Assembly: GCA_032718475.1 (NCBI GenBank)
Contig: JAUCBJ010000664.1
Location: 1 to 32,071 of the forward strand
Source of the DNA: Nemertoderma westbladi
Lineage: Eukaryota; Animalia; Xenacoelomorpha
Direction of reading: 5' to 3'
Length of the DNA stretch: 32,071 bases
Shown here piece by piece: positions 8,382-19,674 of this stretch (its first letter is position 1; each line of letters starts with the position of its first letter). Made by a program: the position numbers and the translations under genes. The notes beneath the pieces are model-generated. The model saw only the letters and a list, made by a program, of their open reading frames with translations, was not told the DNA's origin and ran no database searches.

Positions 8382-11076
8382 TTGTACAGATTCTCCCGTT
8401 GGGTGCGGTCTGCTCATCCTGTCTTTTGCCCTCCTCTGCGTCGGATATATCATTGGGGGTAACGGCCCCCTCCATATTTCCGTGTCACATGATCTGTTTT
8501 CGTCCAGGGGGTTCCATGTTCTTATTCCTGTTTGAGTATATTGTTGATATTGTGATGGGGGAATGTCACCCTGCCCCCCCCCCCCCCCCCCCGGTATATT
8601 TGGTACTGGGGTTGATGTTAATATATTGGGGCCCATACACCTATCCGCAATAACTCTCCCCTCCCCTGGATATATGTTATGTCTCTGCATGCTATAGTCA
8701 TACTACTGTGCTGGTACCGGTATAGGCCTATCCACTTCTGGCCTACCTACCGGTATGTACTCTGCGAATTCCGGGTTTAATCCCGTCGCCCGCGCTGCCC
8801 TATCGCCTACATTATCTCTCCCAGCATGGCCTATAGTATGTGCAGTAAGGCCTACAGTATGTCCTGCAGTCTGTATGTGTCCTTCCGAACCGAAGTTTAA
8901 TCTTCTCGAATCTCCCCGCGACTACCGTACTCTCGATCGGCAGCTGTATCCCGTCGGGAAGTTTCTCTCCAATTCCCTCTTCTGTCTCATTCTCGTATCG
9001 GTACGTCCTGTACCCCTCTCCTGGTGTATAGTACACCTCGCCAGGACGCGTTTCTCTGGGACGACGGCAATCTCCCGGAGTTCGACCCCACTGACTCTCC
9101 GACTCCACCCCCACTACCAACGGCTCGCTATCCGTCCTCACTCTCCTGTCGCTCGCGACGACACTTCTTCTACTCTCTTCCCTTCTTCTCTCTGCATTGT
9201 AGCGTCCCCGTTCGTGAGATCTCTTATCGACCTCCCGGTTAAACTCCACTGTTCTTCTTCCCTCTTCTGACTGGGCTCGACGTCTTATCGCTCGCCCTCT
9301 CGCGACGCCAACCTCTCTCTCTCTACCCGGCTGCACGCCGCTGGGGATACTCGTAATCCCCCTACTATTCTCCATTGCCGGGTGCTGCGGTTCACCTAAT
9401 TCGCCCCGCGCATTATCCGCCGACGCCTGTGGCACTCTCTGCCCCCCCCCCCCCCCACTCGCCACCTATCACTTCACTATCTCTCACTTCGCTTCTACAC
9501 CCCCCTCTAGTTGACGCACTATCTCTACTGCGGCTGGGTCTATTCACCCCCGCCTCTCCCTCTATCACTGCGTTGCCTGGCAGGCTCCCGTCGGGTTGAC
9601 TCAACCCCGCTACTCCCTGCGTGAACTACGTAGCCAACCAGGCCCCCTTCGGGGTCTCTCACCCCCGTTACTCCCTGCATACTAGCTATGTGGCCTACCA
9701 GGCCCCCGCTGGTCAGACCACCTACATCTGCCGCGTTTACATTAATAGCACCATTATTAATATTATTTTCTGAATTATTTAAATTATTAGAATTATTTTG
9801 GTTAGAATTGGGGTTATTTCGTTCGTTTAAATTAAGGTTATTATTTAGATTATTTTGCGTATTTAAATTTAAATTATTTGAATTATTTTGTATATTCGAA
9901 TCTAGATTATTTGAATTATTTCCTACATTTAAATTAGGATCGTTCAGATTTAAATTACTATTACTATTATCTAAGTCCCTGTAAGTGGGGTATTAACAAA
10001 CGTTTCCATAACTTCTGGCTCCTCGTGAACACTACCCGAGCCAGCCTCACTCTCTGACAGCCCCAACTGCGCCAGTTCCAATCGGCGCTTCTGTTTGGCC
10101 TGATATTGCATAAGCCCCCTCAACCGGGCGTGCATATCATCCCACACACGCTTTCCCGTTCTCTCTCTCCCTATCCTCTCGCAAACTCTGCTCGGCCAAT
10201 TCCGCCTCTCTCGCAATCCTCTCAAGCCGTCTCGCCTCACGCTCTTTTCGCTCGCTCGCCCCTCTCGCCTCACGCTCTTTACGCTCATTCTCCTCTCTCG
10301 CCCCTCGCTCTTTACGTTCATTCGCCTCTTTCGCCTCTCGCTCTTCTCGCTCCTTTCCTTCCCTTATTTCTATCTCCTCAAACTCCCTAAAGTTTCTCGT
10401 GACCCTCTCAGCCCTCTCTTTATTCTCTCTCGCCAGTTCTCTCTCTCTTTCCAACAACGCAGTTCCCTCTTCCAACTGCCTCTCTAACTCTTTCTGGTCT
10501 AGCGCCACCATATCCAGCTAACACACCAGATCTATTTCTAACACCCTTCTTACTTTTGCGGAGGACGTAGCGGACTTGTCGGTCACCACGGACTCCCGTC
10601 GCCTCTCTGTCCTACTAACTTTCCCCCGCTTTCTGGGGTTCTCGCCGACCGACGAGACCGAATCCTCGGGGTTAATCTCGGATTCGCCCTCGTGCGGGTC
10701 TGCCCAACCCACTAACTTAATTCCCCTAGCATCCACTAAATATGGCCCTATGTACACTATTTGGGGCTCCATTGTCCCGGACCGCCACAGTTCAAATAGT
10801 TCGGTGGCGACCCCCCTCGCTCTCTCACTGGCTAGTTCTCCCTGCCCGAAGCGAACTAGGTATTTAAAGTGTTTGTTCGACTCACCTAGTCACTGGTTCA
10901 ACTTCGCTGGATCTATCTTTACACCTCCTCTAGCCTCCTTGAGTTGTTTCTTAGTTGCGTTGTAGGCTCGTCGGAGCCGGTCACTGGTTCCGACGTCCTC
11001 GTCGCCGACCTCTCCTCCTCCCCTCCTGGTTCGGCGTCGTACTGGCGGCCCACCGTCGCCGTTCCGGTGGGCCGTC
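8382..11076 (-). mobile_element. gag: BEL copy B: internal gag fragment without LTRs
   Basis: ORFs 10890..11096, 10518..10772, 10137..10511, 8812..9465 and 8208..8690 match copy C ~13545-16590 (for example GQGDIPPSQYQQY...DTEIWRGPLPPMIYP). Contains several frameshifts and one internal deletion at ~9974. Confidence 0.88.
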
Positions 11077-11700
11077 TCATATTTACTGTTAAACATCTTG
11101 CTCCAAGTCTGCCTACTGTAAATTACTGCTTGATTGATTTGCTTGGCTTCATAGTATATTAAGTAATAATGCTTATTTGTTTTGTAGACCTCATTTTATC
11201 CCCTATTTTATTCATATTTCCATTCTTGGAACACATAAAGTTGTTTATTTCCTTGTGGGAGGAAATACTGTTTTATTTCCTGATGAATTACTTTTCATGC
11301 TTGGTTTTACAGAATTAAAGCGCAGAAGTTCGACTGGCCCATCAAAAATATTCAAAACATAGTCTTTGGATGAATCGTGGGGCACTTTCGTTTCGCTAAT
11401 CAAGTATTCAATTGTTATTTATCGACTTACCACACGCACAGACTTATTGGTTTCTCAATCAATCAGAATCATTTTCTGCGGTCTTAGCCCGACAACAGTT
11501 CGTTATAGGGTATTCGTGGTGAAATAAACTAAGAGTCCATTTAATATCCTGTCTCGCTATCTTGGGGACTCATTCTACTAACCGTATCTATTGTCTTATT
11601 TGTGCTATTAACGTTTGTCTCCCTGCCGGTTTCGACGTTCCCAAGCGATCAGAACAATAAGCTAGGATAGTGTTAGGTTTGTCTTGGGATAGGTTAGCAA

Positions 11701-11775
11701 GCAAACAGTCGGCTGAAGCTGGAGGCGACCCAAAGGCTCCTTTTTCAATAGCACTCAACCAACTGAGCTACCCCA
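11701..11775 (-). mobile_element. Internally deleted tRNA-derived SINE remnant
   Basis: Minus strand begins ggggTAGCTCAGTTGGttgagtgc (tRNA-like Pol III A box) and joins directly to tattgaaaaaggagcctttgggtcgcctccagc, which resembles a SINE 3' segment I recall from marine invertebrates. No B box is present. Confidence 0.55.
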
Positions 11776-12654
11776 GTACCCACCATTAGGTTAGGTTATG
11801 TTAAAAACCAAAAATATATAATTGTCAAAATATAACAATTACCAGTATATAATATATATATATATATACCATTTTCATAATTAAAAAATTACACTCATAG
11901 TGATAACTCACTTCTTCTTAACCTTCTTGCCAACACGAATGGCTAGATACTGCGACTGGTCTTCTGAGTCAAATAATTCAGTAGAATAATTCAGTAAGTT
12001 CAGAATCCGTTGGTTAAAGTTATACTCCAGAGTTGTAATGGAGTGAGTACAAAACAAATGCCCAAGACCCAAAGACTCAATTCCTGTACTAAACACATGT
12101 GTTAACTTTTGCTTATTGTTTTGGTTCCCCCAAACACGCCTATGTCACTAGCTCCTTTACTAACCTGCTCCTTTAAATGGGACTTACCGCTCTTTGGCAC
12201 CTAACGCAACTTTACCTTTGTTTTGTACTCACCAACAACCATAACAACGCACATACAATATACTGCCGGCGTTAAGTAATGTTGACAGTTCGCAAGTCTT
12301 GATTCAAAGTCTATAAATATAAAATTACATTGTTATTCGCAGATGGCTACATCTTATTCCATTGCCATAAAGGGAGAATCGGGCGATTGAGAGAAGTTGG
12401 GACGCCTTGCTGTCCAACCGTTTCAACGATGTATCGTTCTCAACCGTCATACGGGATGGGGATGACATTTGTGACCGAGTACGTCTCAATGCCCAGATAG
12501 TACATATCCAAACCCTCGGCGACTAGCACTGCAGTTAGTGTTAGGAAGCCAACCAATGCATCGCAATCGAAGTTTGGTAAATCCAATATTGGCTACACTT
12601 GTCTGCTGTTTGTCAGGTTTGTTTTATGTTTTATTAATAATGCAGATAGGAAAA

Positions 12655-13123
12655 TGTTAGCTTATTCAATCCCGCTAACAACCCATAAAGTTAAGCCGAT
12701 AAGCAATATTGGGGGCCACGAGGTTGGGTAATAACCAACGCGTGTCACCCCAACAAAGTGGGAGGGAAAAGCACACAATGAGGGTCAGGGGCCAAACCCC
12801 TAACAGAGAGAGAACAGGTGGAGTGAAGGGAAACACTCCAGAAGGCGCCAACAGGGGCATAAACCAATCAGAGGGGGGAAAGGCACCGAGTGAGTACAGC
12901 AATAAGGCCACCCGTGCAATATAACCAGTTACCCAATAATCAGTCATTCAGTTATCTCAGTGTCATATTGGTGCTAGCTAGGTTAGTAAGTTTAGTTAGG
13001 GAAGTGTCGGGGACTTTAATTACCGTTAACCTGCCTTCCGTGTACAGCAATCTATACCTATATCTATATACCCGTGCAGCCGATTATTATATACGACGAA
13101 CGACACAAACTCCTTTTCACACA
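12655..13123 (+). repeat. 5' LTR of BEL copy C (inner boundary uncertain, 13123-13184)
   Basis: TGTTAG start shared with copy A; the upstream flank (gaaaa) is unrelated to the flank of copy A. Confidence 0.75.
12864..12953 (+). promoter_or_regulatory. Putative Pol II promoter in BEL LTR (CCAAT box, TATA box, TCAGT initiator)
   Basis: CCAAT 12864-12868, TATAA 12920-12924, TCAGT at 12940 and 12948. All three are retained in the diverged copy A LTR (around 3105-3191, minus). Confidence 0.55.
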
Positions 13124-14282
13124 CGGCGGGGACGCATGAACTAAATAACCGGATAAATCGGGATCCTTCCTGGATCCCGTCACAGTAATTAAATCCGAGC
13201 TGTTCCCCTAGTCAACAAAACCCAGCGATTACCAGCCACCAATCTAGAGTTAACGGAGATGAGTCGGTCAGGCGAGACAACACCGACGCGGACCCCAGAC
13301 GAAGAACAAACGATCGGCGAGGCCGCGCCAGGCGGTATAGGCCCACGATGCCGGAGCCATCGGTAACGGGTGACCCGGAAGTTCAGGATGAGGGGGGCCG
13401 TCTGGAGTCAGAAGTCGAGTCGAGTCGAGAGGAGGGGGAGTCGAGTTGGAGGATCGAGAGAACGAGTTAGAGGAAGAAAGAGACGAGTCGACACGCGACG
13501 ACGATCAACGTGCCGATGTTGCCGGCCCGCCACAGGCCGAGGGCGACGGACGGCCCACCGGAACGGTGACGGTGGGGCCGCCGGTATGACGTCGGACCCT
13601 GAGAGACCGAGGAGAGGTCGGCGACGAGGACGTCGGGGTTTCTGAGAGACTTCGACGGGCTTACATTGCGACCCGGAGACTATTAGAGGAGGCCAGAGGA
13701 GGGGCGACGATAGACGAGGTAAAACTCAAGAGAGGACTAGGTGAGTCGAATAGGCATTTTAACTATTTAATGCGATTCGGACAGAGAGAAACGGCCGAAG
13801 AGAGAGCGAGAGGGGTAGCCAAGGAACTGTGTGACCTATGGCAGAGGGATATGAACCCTGGTGCAGTGTACGTAGGGCCATACTTAGTCGGTGCCCAGGG
13901 TATAAAATTAGTGGGTTGGAAGAGACCTGAGGAGGGCGAATCCGAGGTTGACCCCGAGGATTCGGTCTCGTCGGTCGGAGGGAGTTCCGGGAGGAGGGGG
14001 AGAGTTAGTAGATCAGGAAGGCGGAGGGAATCCGTCATAACTGATAAGTCTGCTACATCCTCCGTGAAAGAAAGACGGGTGAGAGAGATAAACGCCACGT
14101 ACCAACTCGGTCTAATAGCACAAGGCCATAAAGAAGTAGATAAACGGCTAGAGGAAGGGAGGGTGCTGTTAGAAAGGGAAATGGTGCTGATTAGAGAGAC
14201 TAGAGAGAGGGCCGAAAGGGCCACGAGAAGCCTTAGGGAGTGTGAGGAAATAGAGAGGAAGGAACAAGAGGAACGTGTGGCG

Positions 14283-14432
14283 GAACGTAAGGAGCGTGAG
14301 GCGAGGGAAGAAAAGGAACGTAAGGAGCGTGAGGCGAGGGAAGAAAAGGAACGCAAAGAGCGTGAGGCGGAACGCAAAGAGCGTGAGGCGGAACGCAAAG
14401 AGCGAGAGAAGGAACGCAAGGAGCGTGAGGCG
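14283..14432 (+). repeat. 21-bp and 33-bp coding repeats (ERKEREA / ERKEREAREEK)
   Basis: gaacg(t/c)aa(g/a)gagcgtgaggcg is repeated about 6 times; unit number and arrangement differ in copies A and B. Confidence 0.85.
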
Positions 14433-15100
14433 AGGCCAAGGGAGAGAGCTAGGAGAGTGGCAGAGTTGGCCGACCAGGACGCGCGGGAGTGTGAGGAGAG
14501 AATGGCAAGAGCGGAGCGAGAGCAAAAGGAATTGGAGAAACAACAAATTGGGCTTATAGAGTACAAAGCTAGACACACGCGCGAACTGGAGCTAGCGCAG
14601 ATGGGGGCGTCTGAGAGCGAGGCTGGCTCGAATACTTTCGAGGGGCCAAGGGCCGTGGATACGTTTATTAATACCCCACTTACAGGGACCGCACGACAGA
14701 CCCGAAACTGGTGTGACCGTACGGGCGGGGGGGGGGGGGGGGGGGGGGGGGTAATAATAATATTACAGTAGATGACGTTAATATTAATAGTACTGTATTG
14801 AGTGACTCTAACCAAATCTTTATTGCAGGAAATACTTTACCTAATAGTGATAATTTAAATTTAAATCCGAACGATTCTAATGTTAATGTGCAAAATAATT
14901 CAAATAATGTTATCAGGCAGAATAATCCAAATAATCTAAATAATAATCCGAGTTCGAATTTACAAAATAATTCAAATAATATTATCACGCAAGATAATGT
15001 TTCGAACTTTGGTGCACAAAATAATTTGGGTGAACTAGGAAACAATCACAGTAATGCTATTAATGTAAACGCGTCGGACGTACATAGCCCGGCGGGTGAG

Positions 15101-15236
15101 GGCCTGGTAGGCCACGTAGTTGGTAGGCCGGAACCGGCGGGGTTGAGCCAACCCGAGGGGGGCCTGGTAGGCCTCGTAGTTAGTAGGCCGGAAACGGCGG
15201 GGTTGAGCCAACCCGAAGTAGGCCTGGTAGGCCAGG
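15101..15236 (+). repeat. 60-bp coding tandem repeat (~2.3 units)
   Basis: ggcctggtaggcc starts at 15101, 15161 and 15221 (GLVG.VV.RPE.AGLSQPE). Confidence 0.85.
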
Positions 15237-17085
15237 TAGTAGTAGAGAGAGAGGCGGGGGTAAGTGGACCCAGCCGTAGTAGAAACATTGTGTCGACGGG
15301 AGAGGGGTGTAGAAGTGAAGTAAGAGATAGTGAAGTTAGATGTGGCGAGTGGGGGGGGGGGCTACGGGCGCCCCACCACGTAAGATTAGCGGCAAGAAGG
15401 GGGGGGGGGCAGAGAATGCCCAACAAGAGGGGTGTAGAGGTGTAGTAAGAGGTAGTGAAGTTAGAAGTGGCGGATGGGGGGGGGGGGCTACGGGCACCCC
15501 ACCGCGAAGAGTCAGTGGTGAGAGGGGGGGCAGAGAGTGTCCCACAGGCGTCGGTGGATAATGCGAGGGCCGAATTAGGTAAACCGCAACACCCGGCGAT
15601 GGGGAGTACTAAGGGGATTGCGAGTATCCCCAGCGGTGTGCGATCGAGCAGAGAGAGGCAGGTTGACGTCGCGAGAGGGTGGACGAAGCGTCGAGCCCGA
15701 TCAGAAGAGGGAAGAAGAACAGTGGAATTCAACCGGGAGGTTGACGAGAGATCTCACGAGCGGGAATACTGCACTGAAAGGAGAAGAAGGGAAGACAGTA
15801 AGAGAAGTATCGCTGCGAACGATAGAAGAGCGAGGACGGATAGCGAGCCGTCGGTGGTTGAGATGGAAGGAAAGAGCCGGTGGGGTCGAGCTTCGGGAGA
15901 TTGCCGTCATCCCGGAGAGACGCGACCCGACGAGGCGCACCACACGTCGAGAGAGGGGTACACGATATACCAGTACGAAGATGAGAGCAGTAGAGGGGGT
16001 CAAAGAGAAACTTTCCGACGGGATGTACCTGCCGATCGAGGATACGGTAGCCGCGGGGAGGATTATTCGAGAAGAATAAACTTCGATCCTGAGCAATACA
16101 TACAGACTGTAGGACATACTGTAGGCCGTACTGCACATACCATAGGCCATGCTGACAGAGGCAATGTAAGCGATAGGATAGCGCGGACGGCGGGATTAAA
16201 CCTCGGAAGTCGCGGAATACATTCCGGTAGGTAGGCCAGAAGCTGATAGGCCTATACCGGTACCAGTGCAGCAGTATGACTACAGCACCAAAGGATATAA
16301 CATATACCCAGGGGAGGGGGGAATTATTGCGGATAGGTGCATGGGCCCCAATATATTAACATCAACCCCAGTACCAAACATACCGGTGGGGGGGGACAGG
16401 GTGACATTCCCCCATCACAATATCAACAATATACCCCAATAGGAGCAAGAACAACGAGCCCCTTGGATGAAAATAAGTCATGCGACACAGAAATATGGAG
16501 GGGGCCGCTACCCCCAATGATATACCCAAGCCAGAGAAAGACAGAAAATAGAACGGACGGACCGCACCAAACAAGAGAAACTATGCAACATCCATCGAAC
16601 CAATTGGAGGCGCAAGCGGTGGGAATGGCCACGTTAATTGATGCATTAAAAACTAGGATCGAGTTACCACCCGTGGAACCATTCAAATTCGATGGGAGTA
16701 GGCCGGAAGAATACCTACAGTTTTGGCACATGTACAGTAACGAAATACTAACAAAGAACTTGACGCAGGCGGAGTGCCTAAAGTATCTGCAAGTATACAC
16801 AGGAGGCCCAGCATACGACATCGTGAGGCAATACCAGGGTATAGAAGGCGGCTTCATGACGGCATGGCGGGCACTGGATAGGGAATACGGGCACCCAGCT
16901 AAGATCATCAGGCAAACCCTGAGAGGTATAACAACGGGTGGCCTACAGGATAATCCTGTTAGCATTAAGACGTTCGCTAACAAAGTCGAAAAGGCGCTGA
17001 TTGTGCTAAAGACGCTAGACGCACCATACGAGCTCAACGCATCCAACAACATCACCACGATAGCGCAGGCATATCAGGATGCATG

Positions 17086-19674
17086 TTCGCGGGAACTATG
17101 CAGGAAATGGGTGATGAGAGAGCAGAGGAGCAGCTTAAAAGACTGCTCAAACAAGATTTTGAGGGATTAAAGGAGACCGGGGTAGGGACCTCGGTGGAGG
17201 AAAAACAGGCTCAACAGAGCGTAGAGGAGTCTATGACATGCGATGAGGGGCGGTATACCATAGGGATGGTATGGAAGCTACCGAAGCTACCGTTACCCGA
17301 TAATAAAGGGATGGTACTTACGAGGCTTCGTAAGTTGAAACAGACACTAAAACGGAGCCCCGAGAAGAATGAGTACATCCACTAGACGATTAAGAATTAC
17401 GTCGAGAAAGGATGGGCCGTGGAATTACCGGTCGACGAGCCAAACACGGACAGGACATATTACCTGCCACTCCACGTGGCCTTGGATCCGAAGAAAGGCA
17501 AACTGCGGATGGTAGTGGATGCGTCGGCAAAGACCAACGGAAAATGCCTAAACGACTATCTGCTAGAGGGTCCCAATATCTACAACTCGGGGATCGAGGT
17601 CCTACTTAGATTTAGGAATGGGAAACACGCCTTCACCTGTGATATAGAAGGCATGTTCAACCAAGTCTGTGTAACGGAAGAAGATAGCGATAGTCAACGC
17701 TTCTTATGGTACAACGGCGACGAAGAACCGTCAATTATACCGATGTACAAGATGATAGTACAGAACATGGGGGCCAAGTTGTCTTCATTTACAACGACTA
17801 TGGCGGTAAGAGACACAGTGAAAGGGAAGGAGGATAGATACAGTACTAGGGCTGTCGACATGATTCGACGCGGCTTCTACGTAGATGACGGAATGGAGTC
17901 TGGAAATACGGTTAAAGAGATACTGGACACAGGGCGCGAAGTTCGCGACATCCTAAAAAGAACCGGTTTTAACCTAACAAAATTCCAATCCAGTTCACAG
18001 GAATTTATCAGAGCGATAGAGGACGAGAGACCAGAATCGACCATGGATAATCCCACGACAGCCAAAGGGCAGGACATGGTGAATAAGAGAACAGAGTCTC
18101 AACAGAAGGCACTGGGAATCGTGTGGAACAAAGAGACAGACGAACTGAAGTACCAGCTGAGCCAAGAGGGCGCAGACATCCACACAAAGAGAGGCTATGT
18201 GTCATACATAGCAAGAATATACGATCCCCTAGGCCTAGCATCCCCGCTACTAGTAACGGGGAAACAGATACTCAAGAGAGTATACAAGTTAAAGGATGAG
18301 TGGGACGAAGAGGTACCAGAAGAGATTAAGAAACAGTGGTGTAAGTGGACAGAGGGTTTAGAGCAGATGGGAACATACAGCATGCCATGAGTGTATTTCC
18401 CGGATGTGGACATGACGAACCTGGATCTGCACATGTTCTCCGATGCGTCACTGGAGGCATACGGAGCGGCACTCTACTTCGTACAACGAGAGGGGTCTAA
18501 AAAGCCCAGACTAGCCTTCAGCAAGGCGAAGTCAACGCCACCAGATTCGGCATCGGTTCCTAAACTAGAGTTGACAGCCGCGAGATTAGGCATCAGAGCC
18601 ACAGCCTACATAATGGACGCTATTCCCAATATAGTGGAGACACACTACTGGACGGACTCCATGGTAGTGCTCGGCTGGCTACATAACGAGAAAACGCAAT
18701 ACCCTATATTCGTCGCGAATAGAGTGGACGAAATAAGGGCCACGACAGAGTTAGAAAGGTGGCACTACTGCCCTACGGACGAGAACCCAGCGGACTTGTT
18801 ATCGAAGGGCGTGGCACGCCACACTTTCTTGAAGAAGGAAGTATTGTGGCAACACGGGCCACAATTTCTGAGCAACAAGGAGGCCTGGCCGCCGATGAGA
18901 AAGGTGGACCCGGGCTCGGGAGAAGTAGTATCAGAGGGAGAAGAGGGAGACTCAGAGGGAGAAGAGATATACTCCCAGATGGTGAGGGAGATAAGGGACG
19001 TGCGACCCAAACCAGAAGAACTGTGCGATAACCCAACGGACAAACTCCTCAGCTACAGCTCTAGTTGGTACAAGACCAATAAATTAGTGGCGTACTGGAG
19101 AGCCTTTGGGAATTTCCTCGCGGGAGTTGGCAAAGGCAAGAAGATCAGGACAACTATAGATCTGGAAGGGGCGGCCAGAGCAGTCATCCGCTATGAACAA
19201 CGGAAGAACTATGGCGACGAGGTGGAGCGCGTCGGCAAGCAACAGCATCTTCGACGGGACAGCGAGCTGATCACGCTGTCACCACAACTTAATGATGACG
19301 GGATTCTAGTAAAGAACTCTAGGGTGGGATACAACAACAGCATCGTGGTACCTCCGAAGCCCATCATCATCCCTACAGGATCGCCGATAGTCCATCACAT
19401 CATCTGGGACTCCCACAAGTCGATATTGCACGGGGGCACCAACCGAACCCTCGCGGAGATAAGGATGACCTATTGGGTCAAGCAATTGAGGAAGAAGGTA
19501 AAAGCGGTAGTGGGGCAGTGCCAGACCTGCAGACGGGCAAAGAAGGAACGAGCCATACAGGAGATGGCGCCACTACCGGCAAGTAGAGTAAGACAGCACG
19601 ACCCGCCATTTACGCATTGCGGTGTGGACATGTTCGGGCCGATAAAGATCAAAGTGATGCGGCAAAGTGATTGA
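17086..19674 (+). pseudogene. pol: BEL pol (RT, RNase H, integrase zinc finger and first catalytic Asp)
   Basis: ORFs 17083..17385, 17419..18390 and 18391..19674 share one frame, separated only by TAG (17383) and TGA (18388). Truncated just after FTHCGVDMFGPIKIK. Confidence 0.92.

Larger units (their letters stand above)
13259..17085 (+). pseudogene. gag: BEL gag of copy C: ~1100-codon low-complexity extension plus gag core, multiply frameshifted
   Basis: ATG at 13259 (MSRSGETTPTRTPDE, matching copy A). Pieces lie in ORFs 13770..14771, 14798..15445, 15455..16234 and 16337..17170; the conserved BEL gag core begins at ~16660. Confidence 0.85.
12655..19662 (+). mobile_element. BEL/Pao LTR retrotransposon copy C (5' LTR, gag, deleted protease, RT, RNase H, 5' part of integrase; 3' end missing)
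   Basis: BEL-diagnostic motifs in order: LPP.E..KFDG...Y..FW (gag core), YYLPLH...KLRMVVDASAK..LND.L..GP, DIEGMFNQV, QRFLW, YVDD, FSDAS..AYGA, PKLEL.AA, WTDS, FVANRV, NPAD, HGG...CxxC, GVDMFGP. Confidence 0.93.

Noticed and set aside
8208-8690. 160-aa ORF as a real gag-transposase fusion gene
   Set aside because: Chance read-through from the BEL fragment across an A-rich, intron-like junction into decayed transposase.
11751-11775. tRNA gene
   Set aside because: Only the A-box portion is present, with no anticodon arm, T arm or acceptor stem; treated as a SINE head.
11786-11802. TTAGG telomeric repeat
   Set aside because: Only two perfect units plus a degenerate one; too short to support.
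11908-12600. Host gene exons on the minus strand
   Set aside because: Splice-like motifs exist, but translations show no recognisable protein and no consistent exon chain.
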